Shown one piece after another: positions 55,707-58,250 of a stretch of DNA of 58,250 bases. The stretch's first letter is position 1. Each line of letters begins with the position of its first letter. Under the pieces are notes generated by a model. It did no database searches, was not told the origin of the DNA, and saw only the letters and a list, made by a program, of their open reading frames with translations. The DNA is from an uncultured Fibrobacterales bacterium (GTDB lineage: Bacteria; Fibrobacterota; Fibrobacteria; Fibrobacterales; CAWVXU01), in assembly GCA_963934255.1 (NCBI GenBank), contig CAWVXU010000007.1:1-58250 (forward strand). Direction: 5' to 3'. The position numbers and the translations under genes are program-made.

Positions 55707-58250
55707 ATGGCCTTACTCGATTTATTTCGTTCCAAAGTATTCAATTCCAACCCTAGTATTCGTATTTCAGAGCTCAAAAAAATCTCTGATGCCAACCAAG
55801 ACTTATTCGCAAATATCATTAAAAAAGACAAAAATGCTGATGTTCGTAAAGTCGCTATTCAACGTCTAAGCGCGTGGGAAGCAATTGAATGGGCAGCCTT
55901 GAATGAAACAAATGATGACAACAAAGCTTTAGCAAATAAAAAATTAGGTGAAATTGCTTTTAAAGAAGCACGAACTATTGCTGAATTTAAAGATGCAGAA
56001 ATTTGGTTTAATCGTATTAACCAGGCAAAACATCTCCAAGAATTAGCTAAGAATGCAGCGTCAATTGATATTCGTAAGCTTGCAATTCAACAAATTGATA
56101 AAGAAAATTTCCTTACGGACCTGGTACTTATTGAACAAGACATTGAACTTGCTAAAATTGCTCTGACAAAAATCACCAAACCTGCTGCTCTTCAAAAAAT
56201 ATATAAAAATGCTAAATCCGCTGATATAAGACTACTTGTAAAAGATCAGGTAATCAGTCACAAAACTGAAGCTGTTGCAAAAGAAGAGCCTACTCAAAAT
56301 TTCGATCTAGCCAAAAGAAAAGTTATTTTATCTAAACTTGCATCGTTTAATCAACGTTCTAAAGTTTTAGCTTTCACTGACGAATTTGAATATCTAAATC
56401 AAGAGTGGTCAAAGCTTGCAATTAATTCAAGCGATGCTGAGAATAATTCATTTCTTGAATTTGTTGAAAACTTTAATGCTAAAAAATCAAACGAACTCGC
56501 TGAGAAAAAAGCTGTAGAATATAATCAATCACGACTTCTCTTAATAGAAGCTCAAGTTCAAGAATTCAGCCAATCTCTACAAAACTATACTGACCTTTAT
56601 GCAGCAACTGACGAAGGCAAAGTTCAACTTCAAGAACTACAAAAAGAATGGCGTCATCTCCAATCTGAAAATTCTGATGTGAAAATTTCAGAAAATTTAA
56701 TCCTAGCAGTCAATAACGCCTTTAATAAAATTCGTTCAATTCAAGAACGTGTTGATAGTCAAGCACTTGATGCAGAGGAAAAAGAAGAACGCCGCAAAGA
56801 TATTTTGGCCCAACTAGAGGCAATATCAAACAAATCATCTTATAACTTTAATGATGCTAAGCATCTCAAAAAAATACTCAAAGACTGGGAATCTCTTGGT
56901 CCAATATCTGAAGAGCAAGAAGAAGTTGAAAATAAATTCAAAGTTTTAGAATCAAAAATTAGCGCAGCTCTCGAAAAAATTGAAGAAGAAATTCAAGCGA
57001 TCCAAGATAAAAAAGTATCAGCCCTTCATTTAATCATTGAAGCCGTAAAGAAAATTGAAATCGGGGATAAAAATTTAAATAGCAAAATTCGTGATGCAAA
57101 TATCCAATGGAAAGATACCATCGGTGATGACAAAATGAAGTTTGAAGAACTTTACCAAGAGTTTAGAGAAGTTCAGAGTCCATTTGCAGAAGTTAGACAA
57201 TGGGAACAATGGCATAATGAAAAAGAGAAAACAAAACTAGTTGAGGAAGCATTAAAGCTCAGCGAAGTTGAAAACGAAGAAGAACTCTTTAACTCAATTA
57301 AAAACCTTCAAGACCGTTGGAAAAAAAGTGGCCCTATTCCACAAAACAAACACCAAGAGTTATGGGATAAATTTAAAGTAGCCAATGATGCCAACTATGC
57401 TCGTTGTACTTCTATTGTGGAAAAATTGGAACTCACTAAACAAGAGAACCTAAAAGAGAAATACGCTATTGTAGCAGCAGCAAAAGAACTTGTCAGTGAT
57501 ATCCAAAATTGGAAAGATGCCGCAGAAGCATTACACCAGCTCCAAGATAATTGGAAATCAGTTGGTCCAACTCCTCGCGAAGAGCAACAAGTTGCTTGGG
57601 TAGAGTTTAAATCACACATAGATTCATTCTACACTCAACGGAAGGAATTCTTTAAAAGCCAGGATGCAATGCGTGATACAAATCTTGATCTTAAAATTAA
57701 ACTTTGTGAAAAAGCCGAAGGACTCGCATCAAAAGATGTTGAAGCTGACACCAAAGAGTGGAGTGAGACTTCAAAGTCCCTGATTGATTTACAAAAAGAA
57801 TGGAAAACAATTGGACCAGTCCCTAGGGATAAAAGTGACGAAATTTGGAAAAGACTGCGCACGGCTTGCGATGGATTCTTTAATCGCAAAAAGTTGCATT
57901 ATGAACAATTAGATTCCGATAGAGCAGGGAACCTAGATGTTAAGAATTTGATTATCACTGAGCTAAATGAAGCAATAAACAACTTACCTGATGATATTTT
58001 CACATTCTTAAGTGACATTCGTGAAAGATGGAATGAAGCCGGATCTGTTCCTAGAAAAGATTCAGATAAAATTTGGGAGCTATTCGGTAATGCACAAGAT
58101 CAAATTATTGATGCAGGACTTGCAAAAGACCCAAAATTTGCCAATAAAATTAAATCTGATATTGAAGCTAAGAAAAAGCTTCTTGAAAGAGCTCATACTG
58201 TTGCTGAATCAAGTCAATGGTCTGGTACAGCAGAAGTACTTAAAGAAATG
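55707..58250 (+). CDS. Large DUF349-repeat coiled-coil protein (partial; absent from ORF track)
   Basis: GGAG RBS and ATG 55707 (MALLDLFRSK...). In-frame repeats LQDRWKKSGPIP...LWDKFK, LQDNWKSVGPTP...AWVEFK, LQKEWKTIGPVP...IWKRLR and RWNEAGSVP...IWELF; appears open to the window edge. Confidence 0.85.
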   Translation, partial: MALLDLFRSKVFNSNPSIRISELKKISDANQDLFANIIKKDKNADVRKVAIQRLSAWEAIEWAALNETNDDNKALANKKLGEIAFKEARTIAEFKDAEIWFNRINQAKHLQELAKNAASIDIRKLAIQQIDKENFLTDLVLIEQDIELAKIALTKITKPAALQKIYKNAKSADIRLLVKDQVISHKTEAVAKEEPTQNFDLAKRKVILSKLASFNQRSKVLAFTDEFEYLNQEWSKLAINSSDAENNSFLEFVENFNAKKSNELAEKKAVEYNQSRLLLIEAQVQEFSQSLQNYTDLYAATDEGKVQLQELQKEWRHLQSENSDVKISENLILAVNNAFNKIRSIQERVDSQALDAEEKEERRKDILAQLEAISNKSSYNFNDAKHLKKILKDWESLGPISEEQEEVENKFKVLESKISAALEKIEEEIQAIQDKKVSALHLIIEAVKKIEIGDKNLNSKIRDANIQWKDTIGDDKMKFEELYQEFREVQSPFAEVRQWEQWHNEKEKTKLVEEALKLSEVENEEELFNSIKNLQDRWKKSGPIPQNKHQELWDKFKVANDANYARCTSIVEKLELTKQENLKEKYAIVAAAKELVSDIQNWKDAAEALHQLQDNWKSVGPTPREEQQVAWVEFKSHIDSFYTQRKEFFKSQDAMRDTNLDLKIKLCEKAEGLASKDVEADTKEWSETSKSLIDLQKEWKTIGPVPRDKSDEIWKRLRTACDGFFNRKKLHYEQLDSDRAGNLDVKNLIITELNEAINNLPDDIFTFLSDIRERWNEAGSVPRKDSDKIWELFGNAQDQIIDAGLAKDPKFANKIKSDIEAKKKLLERAHTVAESSQWSGTAEVLKEM

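Noticed and set aside
208..57889. Many short ORF-track entries antisense to or out of frame within long genes (e.g. 208-474, 3108-3353, 16245-16529, 31599-32009, 51040-51372, 55666-55869, 57395-57889)
   Set aside because: They are shadows of well-supported genes, including the unlisted mrdA and DUF349 ORFs, and have no RBS or family motifs that I could recognise.
1..58250. tRNA, rRNA, riboswitch, IS element or defence system
   Set aside because: Intergenic gaps are short (about 200 bp or less) and are largely explained by promoters and terminators; no such sequences or genes were recognised by eye. A small ncRNA cannot be excluded without an Infernal scan.

Overview
AT-rich, densely coding bacterial chromosomal segment with no rRNA, tRNA, CRISPR array, transposase, integrase or phage genes that I can recognise. 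The organism is diderm (lpxB, secretin, beta-barrel OMP). The gene repertoire suggests phylum Fibrobacterota; this is an inference from recalled family patterns, not a database result. From left to right: (1) the Rod operon (partial mrdA, mreD, mreC, mreB), preceded on the same strand by a lipoprotein, a beta-barrel OMP and an Agl/Glt-like motor cassette (ExbB/TolQ, two ExbD/TolR, TonB-like AgmX/PglI-tail protein). (2) A long minus-strand string mixing housekeeping genes (thiL, pcrA, gatC, pyrG, rsmD, coaD, PfkB kinase) with pilus/competence genes: a PilB-type ATPase with tandem MshEN motifs, comEA, a second PilM-like gene and an apparent PilN-PilO fusion. (3) An atypical receiver plus a TIM-barrel hydrolase-like gene. 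(4) pilMNOPQ, a membrane PilZ/YcgR protein and an HDOD module. (5) pyrR-pyrB-pyrC', where PyrC' lacks its catalytic residues, and an orphan fliN-like gene. (6) A glycosylation-like operon (GT-C-NPCBM, GT28-like, trmO, gtrA). (7) STAS, ahpC, trxA, asmA-like, sodB, murA, lpxB, a HAD nucleotidase, rlmN and a TPMT-family gene. (8) A dimeric dUTPase, thyA-folA, priA and a large partial DUF349-repeat gene missing from the ORF track. The best candidates for an undescribed system are the comEA + PilM2 + PilN-PilO-fusion module and the Agl/Glt-like motor + OMP next to the Rod operon. All family calls are from motif recognition by eye; no searches were run.
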